DNA of 62,129 nucleotides from Deltaproteobacteria bacterium (lineage in GTDB: Bacteria > Myxococcota_A > UBA9042): positions 1 to 62,129 of the forward strand of contig JACRCU010000230.1 in the NCBI GenBank assembly GCA_016218865.1. Reading direction: 5' to 3'. A program made the position numbers and the translations under genes. Under the pieces are notes generated by a model, which saw only the letters and a list, made by a program, of their open reading frames with translations, did not search any database and was not told the origin of the DNA. This document shows, piece by piece, positions 10,079-18,631 of this stretch; within the stretch, counting starts at the first letter, position 1, and every line of letters starts with the position of its first letter.

Positions 10079-11464
10079 CTAGTCCTCGTCTTCGTCGTCG
10101 GGGCGGCCGGCGATCAAGTCGTACTTGCGCGCCAACCGACGGAAATGCTTACGGTCGACGTCGGCCTCGCGCGCCGCCTGCGACAGATTGCCCGAGTGGC
10201 GCGCCAGCAGCGAGGCGATGTACTCCTTCTCGAAGGCGCCCAGCCAGGCCTCTTTGGCGATCTTGAAGGTCTGATCGGCCAGCAGCGGCGCCGCCGGCCC
10301 GTTGCCGCGGCCGCCGTGCAGCGACTCGGTGGCCTGGGTCTCGCTGCGGCGGGTGCGCACCTGGCCAAAACCCGTGATGTGATCGGGCAGATCCTCCAGC
10401 TGGATCAGGTCGCCCTCGGCAAAGCTGCAGGCGCGCTCGACCACGTTGCCCAGCTCGCGCACGTTGCCCGGGAAGTCGTAGCTGCCCAGCGCTTGCCGCG
10501 CCTCGAACGACAGACCCTTGACCCGCTGACCATCCCCTTGGCGATTGAAGCTGCCGATGCGCAGCATGTGCTGGACCAGCAAGGGGATGTCGTCGCGCCG
10601 CTCGCGCAGGGCCGGGAGCTTCAGCCGCACCACGCCCAGGCGATAGAACAGATCCTCGCGGAACCGCCCAGCTTTGACCTCTTCGGCCAGGTCGCGGTTG
10701 GTCGCCGCCACCACCCGCACGTCGATCTTGATCGGCCGGTTGCCGCCGACCCGGCGAATCTCGCGCTGCTCCAGGGCCCGCAGCAGCTTCGGCTGCAGAT
10801 CCAGGGCCAATTCGCCGATCTCGTCCAAGAAGATGGTGCCGCCGTGGGCCATCTCGAACAGGCCCTGCCGCGACGCCAGCGCGCCGGTGAAGCTGCCCTT
10901 CTCGTGGCCGAACAGCTCGCTTTCGATGAGGTTTTGCGCCACCGCCCCGCAGTCGAACACGATGAATGGATGGTTCTGCCGCATCGACAGCTGGTGGATG
11001 GTGCGCGCCACCACCTCTTTGCCGGTGCCGGTCTCGCCCTCCAGGACCACGGTCGCACCGGTAGGGGCAACTTTCTCGATGGCGCCCATGAGCTTGCGCA
11101 TCGACTCGGTCTTGCCGACGATGCCGCCCAGCGACTCGTGCTGGCTGGGGGTCAGCTCTACCTTCTCGTTTTGGATGTTGAAGCGCAGCTGGGTGTTGCC
11201 CAGGCGAATCACCGAGCCCGACTTGAGCCACGCCTCGCGGATGCGCACCCGGTTGATCCAGGTGCCGTTGGTCGAGCGCAGGTCCTCGATGAGGAAGTCG
11301 TCGCCTTCTTGGTGGATGCGGGCGTGGTAGCGGCTGACCTGATCGTCGTCGATCACCAGGTCGTTGTCGTCCATCGACCCCAGCGTAACCACGCCTTGGT
11401 CAAAGATGTATTCGGCGACGGTGCCGTCGGGATCGGTGCGCACCAGCCGCGTGCGCCGCAGCAT
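10079..11464 (-). CDS. Sigma-54-dependent transcriptional activator with N-terminal FHA domain
   Basis: FHA signature '..VVTLGS..DNDLVIDDDQVSRYHARI..FLIEDLRSTNGTWINR'. AAA+ Walker A 'GETGTGKE', sigma-54 contact loop 'GSFTGA', and a C-terminal Fis-type HTH '..GNLSQAAREADVDRKHFRRLARKY'. The ORF track starts at GTG 11536; ATG 11464 (MLRRTRLV..) seems more plausible. Confidence 0.9.
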   Translation of the reverse strand: MLRRTRLVRTDPDGTVAEYIFDQGVVTLGSMDDNDLVIDDDQVSRYHARIHQEGDDFLIEDLRSTNGTWINRVRIREAWLKSGSVIRLGNTQLRFNIQNEKVELTPSQHESLGGIVGKTESMRKLMGAIEKVAPTGATVVLEGETGTGKEVVARTIHQLSMRQNHPFIVFDCGAVAQNLIESELFGHEKGSFTGALASRQGLFEMAHGGTIFLDEIGELALDLQPKLLRALEQREIRRVGGNRPIKIDVRVVAATNRDLAEEVKAGRFREDLFYRLGVVRLKLPALRERRDDIPLLVQHMLRIGSFNRQGDGQRVKGLSFEARQALGSYDFPGNVRELGNVVERACSFAEGDLIQLEDLPDHITGFGQVRTRRSETQATESLHGGRGNGPAAPLLADQTFKIAKEAWLGAFEKEYIASLLARHSGNLSQAAREADVDRKHFRRLARKYDLIAGRPDDEDED

Positions 11465-11793
11465 CAGGCTCGACGGCGCGTTGGGGGTGCCCAAGGCTGC
11501 TGGGTAGAGGACCTCGGCCACGGCAATCCTTGGCACGCACAGGCGCGGATCGGCTGGGGTCCGCGGACCCTAGCTGAGGCGATGATGGCCAAAATGCGAG
11601 CAGGTGTCCAGACCCCAGTGCGGCGCACGGGGCCCGATGCGGCGGACCTAGAGCACCGATCACAAACCCGCATCCAACGATCCACGTCGCGGCGGGTCGC
11701 GGCAGCGCCCGCTTGCGACCCACCCAGCATCCTTGAGCTTTTGTCGGACGGGATTTCCGTTGCTCGGGGGCTCGGAGGTTTCTGGTTGACGCT

Positions 11794-12219
11794 CTAGGCC
11801 TCGAACGACGTCATGCGCTGGCGGCGCTTCTCGTACATCTTTTCGTGGTGCTCTTGCTTCTCTTTGCACTGGATGCAGAGGTCGGTCTCGGGTCGGGCGA
11901 TCAGACGGGCGGCGCCGATGATGGCATCGCACTCTTCGCAGAAGTTGTACTCGCCAGCGTCGATGCGGCGGATGGCCTTGTCGATTTTCTTGATGAGCGT
12001 CGCATCGCGGTCGCGCAGGCGGTACTCGAAGGCTTGGTCGTAGCCCACCGAGCTCAGGTCCATTTCATCGGCGACGCGCAGCTCGTCGGGATCCTGCTGC
12101 ATTTCGGCCGTGCGCATCGCCTGCAGGATCTTTTCGCGCTTGTCGATCAGCACAGTGCGCTGCTTGTTGAGCTCGTCGTTAGTCAATTCAACGGGTTCTA
12201 GCGTTTCATTGAGGGCCAT
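11794..12219 (-). CDS. dksA: RNA polymerase-binding transcription factor DksA (DksA/TraR C4 zinc finger)
   Basis: Coiled-coil tip 'DEMDLSS', '..RLRDRDATLIKKIDKAIRRI..' and a four-Cys finger 'CEEC..x17..CIQC'. GGAGG lies 6-10 nt upstream of the ATG at 12219. Confidence 0.9.
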   Translation of the reverse strand: MALNETLEPVELTNDELNKQRTVLIDKREKILQAMRTAEMQQDPDELRVADEMDLSSVGYDQAFEYRLRDRDATLIKKIDKAIRRIDAGEYNFCEECDAIIGAARLIARPETDLCIQCKEKQEHHEKMYEKRRQRMTSFEA

Positions 12220-12279
12220 GGCGACCTCCGTAGGTAGTTGCCCGCGGCAGCGGGTCGTCGATTGGGTTGCGTGCCCCTA

Positions 12280-12319
12280 TTGTTCCTAAGTGTGCACGGT
12301 TGTTCCTGAATGTGCACGG
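12280..12319. repeat. Tandem 20-bp direct repeat in the dksA upstream region
   Basis: ttgttcctaagtgtgcacgg / ttgttcctgaatgtgcacgg are directly adjacent and 18/20 identical. They lie 61-100 nt upstream of the dksA start on the minus strand. Confidence 0.8.
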
Positions 12320-12547
12320 CCGGTCCTTGACGTACACCCTGCGCGAGCTGCCTTCTCGGGTCAGGTTAGGGCAAGTGCGGCACACCCGCCAGCGACAAAT
12401 GCGTTGTTCCCGCAAATTTCGCTGCTCCCGTTGATCGTCGGGCACGGCGCAGGCGACGGACCAGCGGGGCGACGGCGACGAACGGGTCCAACAGGCTAGG
12501 ACGGGCGCACGCTGCGGTCAAGGGTCCAGGCCGCCGCGGTCGGAGCC

Positions 12548-13405
12548 TCAAGCGGGCCCGTCGCCGCCCGCGTCGCTGGTGCCCAGGGCGCGACTCAGAG
12601 CCCGCCGCACCAGGAATTGCGTCGCCACCGGCACGGCGGGACCAGGGCTGGATTTGCACAGCGCCAGCGTGCGGCGCAGCGAGTCGCAGCGGCCCTGGCA
12701 GCGCGGACAGGCGGCCAGATGCTGCTCCATGCGCGAGCAGACGTCGGGGCTGATGTCGCCCTCCAGGTGCCGCGAGTACATGCTGAGCACGTCGGGACAG
12801 GCATCCGAACCCGCGGTTGGCGCAGGACTTTCCAGGGTCGGCGCCAGTTCTTCGCGCACGGCCAGGCGGGCGCGGTGCAGGCGCGACTTGACGGCGTCGA
12901 TGCGCAGCCCCAGCACATCGGCGACCTCGGGGGCGGTCAACCCCTCGACATCGCGCAGCAACAGCACTTCGCGGTACATCGGCGACAGGTGGGTCATTGC
13001 CTCTTCCACCGCCTGCGCCAGCTGCGCCTGATCCAGGCGCTGGTCCACACCCGCGTCGTCGGTGGCCAAGCCGCGCACCTCGGCCGACTCGTCGGTGTCG
13101 AACGAGGCGTCGGCGTGGATCACCGAGCGGGTGCGCCGGCGCTTCTTGATGCAAAAGCTGCGGGCGATCTGGTACAGCCAGGTCGAGACCTGGGCTTGGC
13201 CGCGGAAGCCGGGCAAGGTGCGGGTGGCGGCCATCAGGGTGTCCTGGACCACGTCCTCGGCTTCGGTGGCCGAGCGGCACATGCGCATGGCGAAGCGGCC
13301 GACCCGCGGTGCGTGGCGGGCCCACAACACTTCGAGCGAGCGGCGGTCGCCGGCCTGGGCGGCTGAGACCAATTCCTGATCGGACAGGGCAGTCAGGTCG
13401 TGCAC
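12548..13405 (-). CDS. ECF-type sigma-70 family sigma factor with C-terminal Cys-rich/ZAS-like extension
   Basis: Sigma region 2 ('..DVVQDTLMAATRTLPGFRG..STWLYQIARSFCI') and region 4 ('..YREVLLLRDVEGLTAPEVADVLGLRIDAVKSRLHRAR') are present. An extra tail of about 85 aa carries 7 Cys, including 'HLAACPRC' (H-x3-C-x2-C). GTG start at 13405. Confidence 0.85.
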   Translation of the reverse strand: MHDLTALSDQELVSAAQAGDRRSLEVLWARHAPRVGRFAMRMCRSATEAEDVVQDTLMAATRTLPGFRGQAQVSTWLYQIARSFCIKKRRRTRSVIHADASFDTDESAEVRGLATDDAGVDQRLDQAQLAQAVEEAMTHLSPMYREVLLLRDVEGLTAPEVADVLGLRIDAVKSRLHRARLAVREELAPTLESPAPTAGSDACPDVLSMYSRHLEGDISPDVCSRMEQHLAACPRCQGRCDSLRRTLALCKSSPGPAVPVATQFLVRRALSRALGTSDAGGDGPA

Positions 13406-13584
13406 GGGGGCGGTCCGGGGGCAGCGGCGGCTGCGCGCGCGCAGGGTAGCGCGCCAGGTGGCCGGATGACAACCGCGCGGACGGAGCGGTCCGCTGCCTA
13501 GGTCGGGCCGGGCGGCGCGTTGAAGCGGCTGCGGGCACCGTGCTAGGGTTGGGCGCGGCCGAGCCCAAGGCCCACGGACAGCGT

Positions 13585-14271
13585 ATGTTCCGCCTACTGA
13601 TTGTCGAGGACGAACCGGCCACGGCCGCGGAGTTGGCCGCCGGTCTGACCCGCGCCGGCTACCACACCACGCTGGCGCACTCGGGCGACGATGCGCTGCT
13701 CACGGTGCTGGGCCAGCCGTTCGACGCGGTGGTTTTGGACGTGATGTTGCCGGGTTTCTCGGGGTTCGAGGTGGTGCGCGCCATGCGCGAGCGCGGCTGC
13801 GGGGTGCCCGTGCTGTTCTTGTCGGCGCTGGGTGCAGTGGCGGACCGGGTGCGCGGCCTGCACGAGGGCGGCGACGACTATCTGGTCAAGCCCTTTGCCC
13901 AGTCCGAGCTGCAGGCGCGCATCGCCGCGCTGCTGCGGCGGGGCCACCCGAGCCAGGCAGCGGCAGCCCCAGCGGTAGTTCAAGTCGGCGATCTGACATG
14001 GGATCCGCACCAGCAACGGGTGACCCGCGCCGGCAAGCGCCTGGACCTGACCCCGAACGAGCTGACCCTGCTGGCCCTGCTGCTGGAGCACCGCGGCCAG
14101 GTGGTCACCCGCTCGCAGATTGCCCGCAGCGTGTGGCAGCTGGAGTTCGAGCCGCCCGGCAATACCATCGACGTGCAGGTGCGCCGGCTGCGCAACAAGG
14201 TCGACGACCCCTACGACAGGAAGCTGATCCACACCCGGCGCGGCTTTGGCTACGTGCTCGAGGACTTGTGA
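13585..14271 (+). CDS. OmpR-family response regulator, CusR/CopR-like
   Basis: 'MFRLLIVEDEP..', phospho-acceptor '..AVVLDVMLPGFSG', and a winged-helix C-terminus '..DVQVRRLRNKVDDPYDRKLIHTRRGFGYVLE' that closely resembles heavy-metal regulators. The ATG at 13585 lies inside ORF 13540..14271. Confidence 0.9.
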   Translation: MFRLLIVEDEPATAAELAAGLTRAGYHTTLAHSGDDALLTVLGQPFDAVVLDVMLPGFSGFEVVRAMRERGCGVPVLFLSALGAVADRVRGLHEGGDDYLVKPFAQSELQARIAALLRRGHPSQAAAAPAVVQVGDLTWDPHQQRVTRAGKRLDLTPNELTLLALLLEHRGQVVTRSQIARSVWQLEFEPPGNTIDVQVRRLRNKVDDPYDRKLIHTRRGFGYVLEDL

Positions 14272-15629
14272 GCCCGACCCGACCTGCCGGCTCGGTGGTC
14301 CGGCGCCTCCAGCTCGGCTTCTTCGTGTCGGCCGCGCTGCTGGCCGGCTTGGTGGCCGCGGTGATCGAGTGGTCGCTGCTCGACACGCTGGAGCAAGAAG
14401 ACCGCTTGTTGATCGATGGCGTGGCTGCGGAATTGGCCGCGCGGCGCAGCCTGGGCCAGCTGGAGGTGCAGGAGCGCAGCCTGCAAGTGGTGCCGCTGGC
14501 GTGGCGCGTGCTGGCGCCCGACGGCGGCGAACGTCTGCGAAGTCCAGGGTTTGTAGACCTGCAGGATTTGGCCTGGCCCACGCCAGAGCAGGGACCAGTC
14601 GAGCTGAACCGCGGCGACCGGGTGTGGCTGGCCCGCGCCGTCCGCCTGCCGCGAAGCCAAGAGCGCCTGCAAGTGGCGCTGGACCGCAGCGTCGAGATGC
14701 AGCTGCTGTGGCGGCACCGCATGATCGTGGTGGCGGCGGTGGTGATGGGCGCGGCCGCGGCGCTGTGGATCGGGCGCGCCTTGGCCCAAGCGGGGTTGCG
14801 ACCGCTGCGGCGCATTGCCGAAGCGGCGGCCGAGATCGGGCCAGGCGACGCAGCCATGCGGCTCGACTCCAGCGAGGTCCCCACCGAGCTGCAGGAAGTG
14901 GTCGGGCGCCTGAACGCGGCCTTGGAGCGGCTGCACCGCAGCGCCATGGCCCTGGACGGCGCCGCCTCCGACATCGCCCACGAGCTGCGCACTCCTTTGA
15001 ATTTATTACGGCTTCGCCTGGAGAACCTGGGCCTGCAGCAGCCCCTGCCGGCCGACGTCGCCGGTGCCCTGGGCGACGCACTCGAAGACATCGACGCCAT
15101 GGCCCAGATTCTCGAGCACCTGCTGTTCCTGGCCCGCATCGAGCACGGGCGAGGCGAGGCGAGGCCGGTCGCCGTCGACCCCGGCGCCGAACTGCGCAAA
15201 GTCGGGCAGTTCTTTGCGGCAGCCGCCGAAGAGGCGGGCGTCGTCCTGCAGGTCACTGCGGCCGAGCTTTCCATCCAGGCCGACCCGACGCTGCTGCAGC
15301 GGGCACTGCACAACCTGGTCGCCAATGCGCTGCGCCACGCCCCAGCGGGCTCGACCGTGACGCTGTCGGTGCTCCGCGAGGGCGACACGGCGGTATTGGC
15401 GGTCGACGACGCCGGGTCCGGCCTGCCGCAAGGTGTACTGGACCGGCTGGGCGAGCGCTTCGTGCGCAGCGAGCCCTCGCGCCAGCGGGCGACCGGCGGC
15501 AGCGGCCTGGGCCTGGCGATCGCCGCGCGCGTGGCCGAGGTCCACCAGGGCCGGCTGGCGGCGCGCCTGGGCCCCGGCGGGCACGTGGAGTTGCGCCTGC
15601 CAGTAACCGGACCGCAGCCCGGCTGGTAG
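14268..15629 (+). CDS. Sensor histidine kinase, CusS/CopS-like
   Basis: The GTG at 14268 overlaps the regulator stop (GTGA). Two TM segments flank a periplasmic loop of about 130 aa. H-box 'HELRTPLNLL', N-box '..LHNLVANALRHAP', G-boxes 'DDAGSGLP' and 'GGSGLGLAIA'. This is the last part of ORF 13998..15629. Confidence 0.85.
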   Translation: MSPTRPAGSVVRRLQLGFFVSAALLAGLVAAVIEWSLLDTLEQEDRLLIDGVAAELAARRSLGQLEVQERSLQVVPLAWRVLAPDGGERLRSPGFVDLQDLAWPTPEQGPVELNRGDRVWLARAVRLPRSQERLQVALDRSVEMQLLWRHRMIVVAAVVMGAAAALWIGRALAQAGLRPLRRIAEAAAEIGPGDAAMRLDSSEVPTELQEVVGRLNAALERLHRSAMALDGAASDIAHELRTPLNLLRLRLENLGLQQPLPADVAGALGDALEDIDAMAQILEHLLFLARIEHGRGEARPVAVDPGAELRKVGQFFAAAAEEAGVVLQVTAAELSIQADPTLLQRALHNLVANALRHAPAGSTVTLSVLREGDTAVLAVDDAGSGLPQGVLDRLGERFVRSEPSRQRATGGSGLGLAIAARVAEVHQGRLAARLGPGGHVELRLPVTGPQPGW

Positions 15630-16298
15630 ACCTGCGGCCTGCTCCGCCAGCGGCCAGCAACTCGCCGGCACGGCGCCGTCGCGGCAGTGACCGATCGACT
15701 GGCGCTGGCCGGTGGGCAACGGCTCGTGGGGCTGCAACGGCGACCAGCGATCCCCTTCGATCACACGAACTTGCGAGGTGCCCGGGCTGGCCTTGCCGTA
15801 GCTGACCCGGCCGAGCGGCGTGCCGACCACCCCGCGCAGCTCGACCTCCGCGCCGTCGTCGCGCAGCTCCAGCGCTCCCTGGATGCGCACCTGCCGTGCG
15901 CCCTGCGGCAGCGCCAGACTTGCGGCGCGGTGCCCAGTGAGAACAAGGAGTTCACCGGGAAGCACGCACTCGCGCTCCAGCACGGCCCCGCGCGCAACCC
16001 CGGCGACCCACAGCCGCGCCCCCACCAGATGCGCCGGTTCGCTGCCGGTGTAGCGGGCCTCCAGGGCCTCGTCGCGGCTGCTGACCTGGCCGTCGCCGTC
16101 TACGTCCTGATCCCCTGGTGCGGCCAGCACTTCGTTCAGCACCAGTTCGCCGGTAAGCACGGGCCGACAATCGGCCACCACCGCGGCATCGCCGCCAGCC
16201 AACGCCCCAACCGCTTGGCGGTGGGGTGGCTGCGGCCACTGCCAACACCCGCTGGCGACCGCCGCCAGCGCCATCGCCGTCCACACTTGCCCTTGCAT
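15006..16298 (-). CDS. LTD-like (lamin-tail-domain-like) lipoprotein; 3' end unresolved
   Basis: ATG at 16298 preceded by GGGAGGA. Lipobox 'AAVASGC'. 'LVLNEVLAAPG..DEALEARYTG..VLPGELLVLTG' resembles an LTD fold motif. GC3-rich codons run down to about 15690. There is no in-frame stop until 15006, so the formal ORF runs 624 nt antisense into the kinase gene. The tail translation is Arg/Gln/Ala junk-like. Confidence 0.4.
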   Translation of the reverse strand: MQGQVWTAMALAAVASGCWQWPQPPHRQAVGALAGGDAAVVADCRPVLTGELVLNEVLAAPGDQDVDGDGQVSSRDEALEARYTGSEPAHLVGARLWVAGVARGAVLERECVLPGELLVLTGHRAASLALPQGARQVRIQGALELRDDGAEVELRGVVGTPLGRVSYGKASPGTSQVRVIEGDRWSPLQPHEPLPTGQRQSIGHCRDGAVPASCWPLAEQAAGLPAGLRSGYWQAQLHVPAGAQARRQPALVDLGHARGDRQAQAAAAGRPLARGLAAHEALAQPVQYTLRQAGPGVVDRQYRRVALAEHRQRHGRARWGVAQRIGDQVVQCPLQQRRVGLDGKLGRSDLQDDARLFGGCRKELPDFAQFGAGVDGDRPRLASPVLDAGQEQQVLENLGHGVDVFECVAQGTGDVGRQGLLQAQVLQAKP

Positions 16299-16460
16299 CG
16301 GTCCTCCCGCGCGCAGCCCAAGACTGGGGTCGCACAGGGTTGATCGACGCGAGCGCGCCTTTTGCCGCGGGGTCCGCCGAAAAAAGTCGCAAAAAGGCCG
16401 CAGGCCGGCGCCCAGGAGCGTCGGCCTGCCAGCACGACTCTGCAATTTGACGGACTTGCG

Positions 16461-18344
16461 CTACTTGGCCGGAGCGGCCGGCGCCTCGGGCTTCTGATCG
16501 CTCGGCTTGACCTGCGAGCCCACCGCCGGGATGTTGCCCACCGCCACGGCGCCCTTCTTCTGCAGCAGCTGCGAGGTCAGCACTTCCAGATCCCAGATCC
16601 AGTTCTGGGCATTGGGCACCGACACCTGCGCTTCCTTCAGGTCGTAGACCAGCTTGCTGTCCTTGGGCTGGGCCAGGGCGCGGAAGCCGGACACGATCAC
16701 CTGGCGCAGCGTCACCGACGTCGCCGGGGCCTTGTTCAGGGCTTCGGCCAGGATCGGCAGCACTTCCAGCTGCTTGCGGACGCCCAGGTGGATGAGGCCA
16801 ATGGCCGCCTTCTCTTTGGCAATGTCGTCGCCGGTGTTCAGGAAGCCCTTGTAGCAGTTGAGCAGGGCCATGTTCTTGCCGGCGTCGTCGGGGGCGGCGT
16901 CCATGCCCTTCTTGCACTCGATGACCACGTTGAGGCGCGCCTTGACCACCGCATCGGCCAGGCCGGTCTTGACGCCTTCGGCCTTGCTGGCGCCAATCAC
17001 CCGATCCCAGTCGGCCAGGTTGTCGGGCTCGACGGCGTAGGTCATCGGCGTCAGGAAGTCGGGCTTCTCGCCGTCGGCGATCTCTTCAAACGTCTTGAGC
17101 ATCGACGCCCACGCGTTCGACGGCCCGGCGATCGACAGGCCCAGGAACGGACCGGTGCGCTGCTCCACCGCCAGACCAGTGTTCTTGGCCACTTCGCCGA
17201 TCTTGTCGGCCACGGGCGCCAGGCCCTCGCCCATCGACGCCAGCGCAAAGATCGACAGCGTCAGGCGCGCTTTGATGTACGACGCCCAGTCGACCTGCTT
17301 GTTCTTGGCGGCATAGTCGCCCATCGGCGTGGTGCCGTCGATCGGCTTGGCCACCGAAGCGACGATGTCGTTCGCTGTAGAGGGATCGTGAAGGTCGACC
17401 AGCACTTGCATAGCCTTGGGGCCTTCCCGCCACTCCCAGTCGGACAGGCCGTATTCCTTGGCCCACTTCTCGAACTCGGGGTCTTTCTGGTTGTAGATGG
17501 CCAGGATCTTCTTGCTGACCGCCGCCGGATCCACGGTGCCCAGCGCCAAGCGGCCGGCCATGTAGGTCTCGGCGCGGGTGGCATCGCGGGTGTACAGACC
17601 CTTGACGAAGGCGTCGAAGGCCTTGGAGGCCGGTTCCTTGGTCCAGTCGCGCGGGGCCTGGCCCGGCGTGGCCTTGTAGATCTCGGTCAGGTAGGCGAGC
17701 GCCTTCAGGTTGGTCTCGACGCCCTGCTCGCCGGGATCGGTGGCGGCCAGCTCGATCAGCAGATCCTCATAGGCGGCGCGATCTTCCGGCGTAGCCAGCG
17801 AGACGAACAGCGCCTCGATCAGCGCCGATTTGGTCTCTTTCTTGTACTTCTTGGTCCAGTCGGCCAGCGCCTTGATGGTCTCTTTGGATGGGAACCACGG
17901 ATCGCGGCCCGACTCGGCCGACTCGATGCGCCAGGTGCGGACCACCTGCGCGGCCTGACCGGCGGTGTCTTCGCTGGCCAGGGCCTTGACGAGCAGCTTC
18001 TCCGAGCGGTTGCGCAGCGACTTGCCACCGTGGCCCAGGCCTTCCAGCACCGCGACGACCGTCGGGCGCAGTTCCTTGGTGGCCATGGCGTGCTCAAGGC
18101 GGGTGAACACGCCGTCGTCATCGCACTTGTTCATGTCCTTGATCGGCAGCGCGCGGATCGTCTCGAGCTGCTGCGATCGCTTCTTGAGCGTTGCCCCCTT
18201 GGCGTCGAGCACCATGCTGTAGTAGCGGCAGCTCTTTTCGCCCTTCTCGCAACCGACGGCGCCGACGAGCATGGCCCCGGCGGCGAACAGGAGCGATAGG
18301 CGAGTTCCCAAGAAACTTGCTGACTTACAGGATACGCGCGGCAT
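16461..18344 (-). CDS. Hypothetical lipoprotein (alpha-helical repeat-like)
   Basis: 627-aa ORF with signal and lipobox 'LVGAVGC'. Balanced Lys/Glu/Ala-rich helical composition and a clean GC3 pattern. No recognisable catalytic motif. Confidence 0.7.
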   Translation of the reverse strand: MPRVSCKSASFLGTRLSLLFAAGAMLVGAVGCEKGEKSCRYYSMVLDAKGATLKKRSQQLETIRALPIKDMNKCDDDGVFTRLEHAMATKELRPTVVAVLEGLGHGGKSLRNRSEKLLVKALASEDTAGQAAQVVRTWRIESAESGRDPWFPSKETIKALADWTKKYKKETKSALIEALFVSLATPEDRAAYEDLLIELAATDPGEQGVETNLKALAYLTEIYKATPGQAPRDWTKEPASKAFDAFVKGLYTRDATRAETYMAGRLALGTVDPAAVSKKILAIYNQKDPEFEKWAKEYGLSDWEWREGPKAMQVLVDLHDPSTANDIVASVAKPIDGTTPMGDYAAKNKQVDWASYIKARLTLSIFALASMGEGLAPVADKIGEVAKNTGLAVEQRTGPFLGLSIAGPSNAWASMLKTFEEIADGEKPDFLTPMTYAVEPDNLADWDRVIGASKAEGVKTGLADAVVKARLNVVIECKKGMDAAPDDAGKNMALLNCYKGFLNTGDDIAKEKAAIGLIHLGVRKQLEVLPILAEALNKAPATSVTLRQVIVSGFRALAQPKDSKLVYDLKEAQVSVPNAQNWIWDLEVLTSQLLQKKGAVAVGNIPAVGSQVKPSDQKPEAPAAPAK

Positions 18345-18631
18345 GAAGAACCTGCTGGTCGGGTAGAGGGCGCATGGGCCACGGCACCGGCCCGGGCGGG
18401 GGAGTTCGAAAACAGGCGCACTCGGGCACGCCTGCCCGAATCGGGTGCCGGATGATAGTCGCCGACACCAGCAACGTCAAGGATTGTTTGTTTCGTATTG
18501 TCAATGGGTTTGCAACGGGGACGCTGGTGAGGTCGCCGTCCAACCCGGTTGTCGCGCGGCGAGCGCAGATCCGCTAGGATGGGCACCCAGTCCGGCCCCG
18601 TGTCGCCGCGCCCTCCGCGAGGAAACCTTCC

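Noticed and set aside
11595-11610. Sigma-54-like element TGGACACCTGCTCGCA (minus strand) about 130 nt upstream of the activator gene
   Set aside because: The GG-N10-GC spacing is right, but the -24 box is TGGACA rather than TGGCAC and the -12 box is TCGCA. With a single occurrence, this is not enough to call a promoter.
13466-13472. ATGACAA half-site resembling the CusR/CopR box (ATGACAAnnTTGTCAT) in the ECF/response-regulator divergent region
   Set aside because: Only one half-site is present, and the expected inverted partner is GC-rich unrelated sequence.
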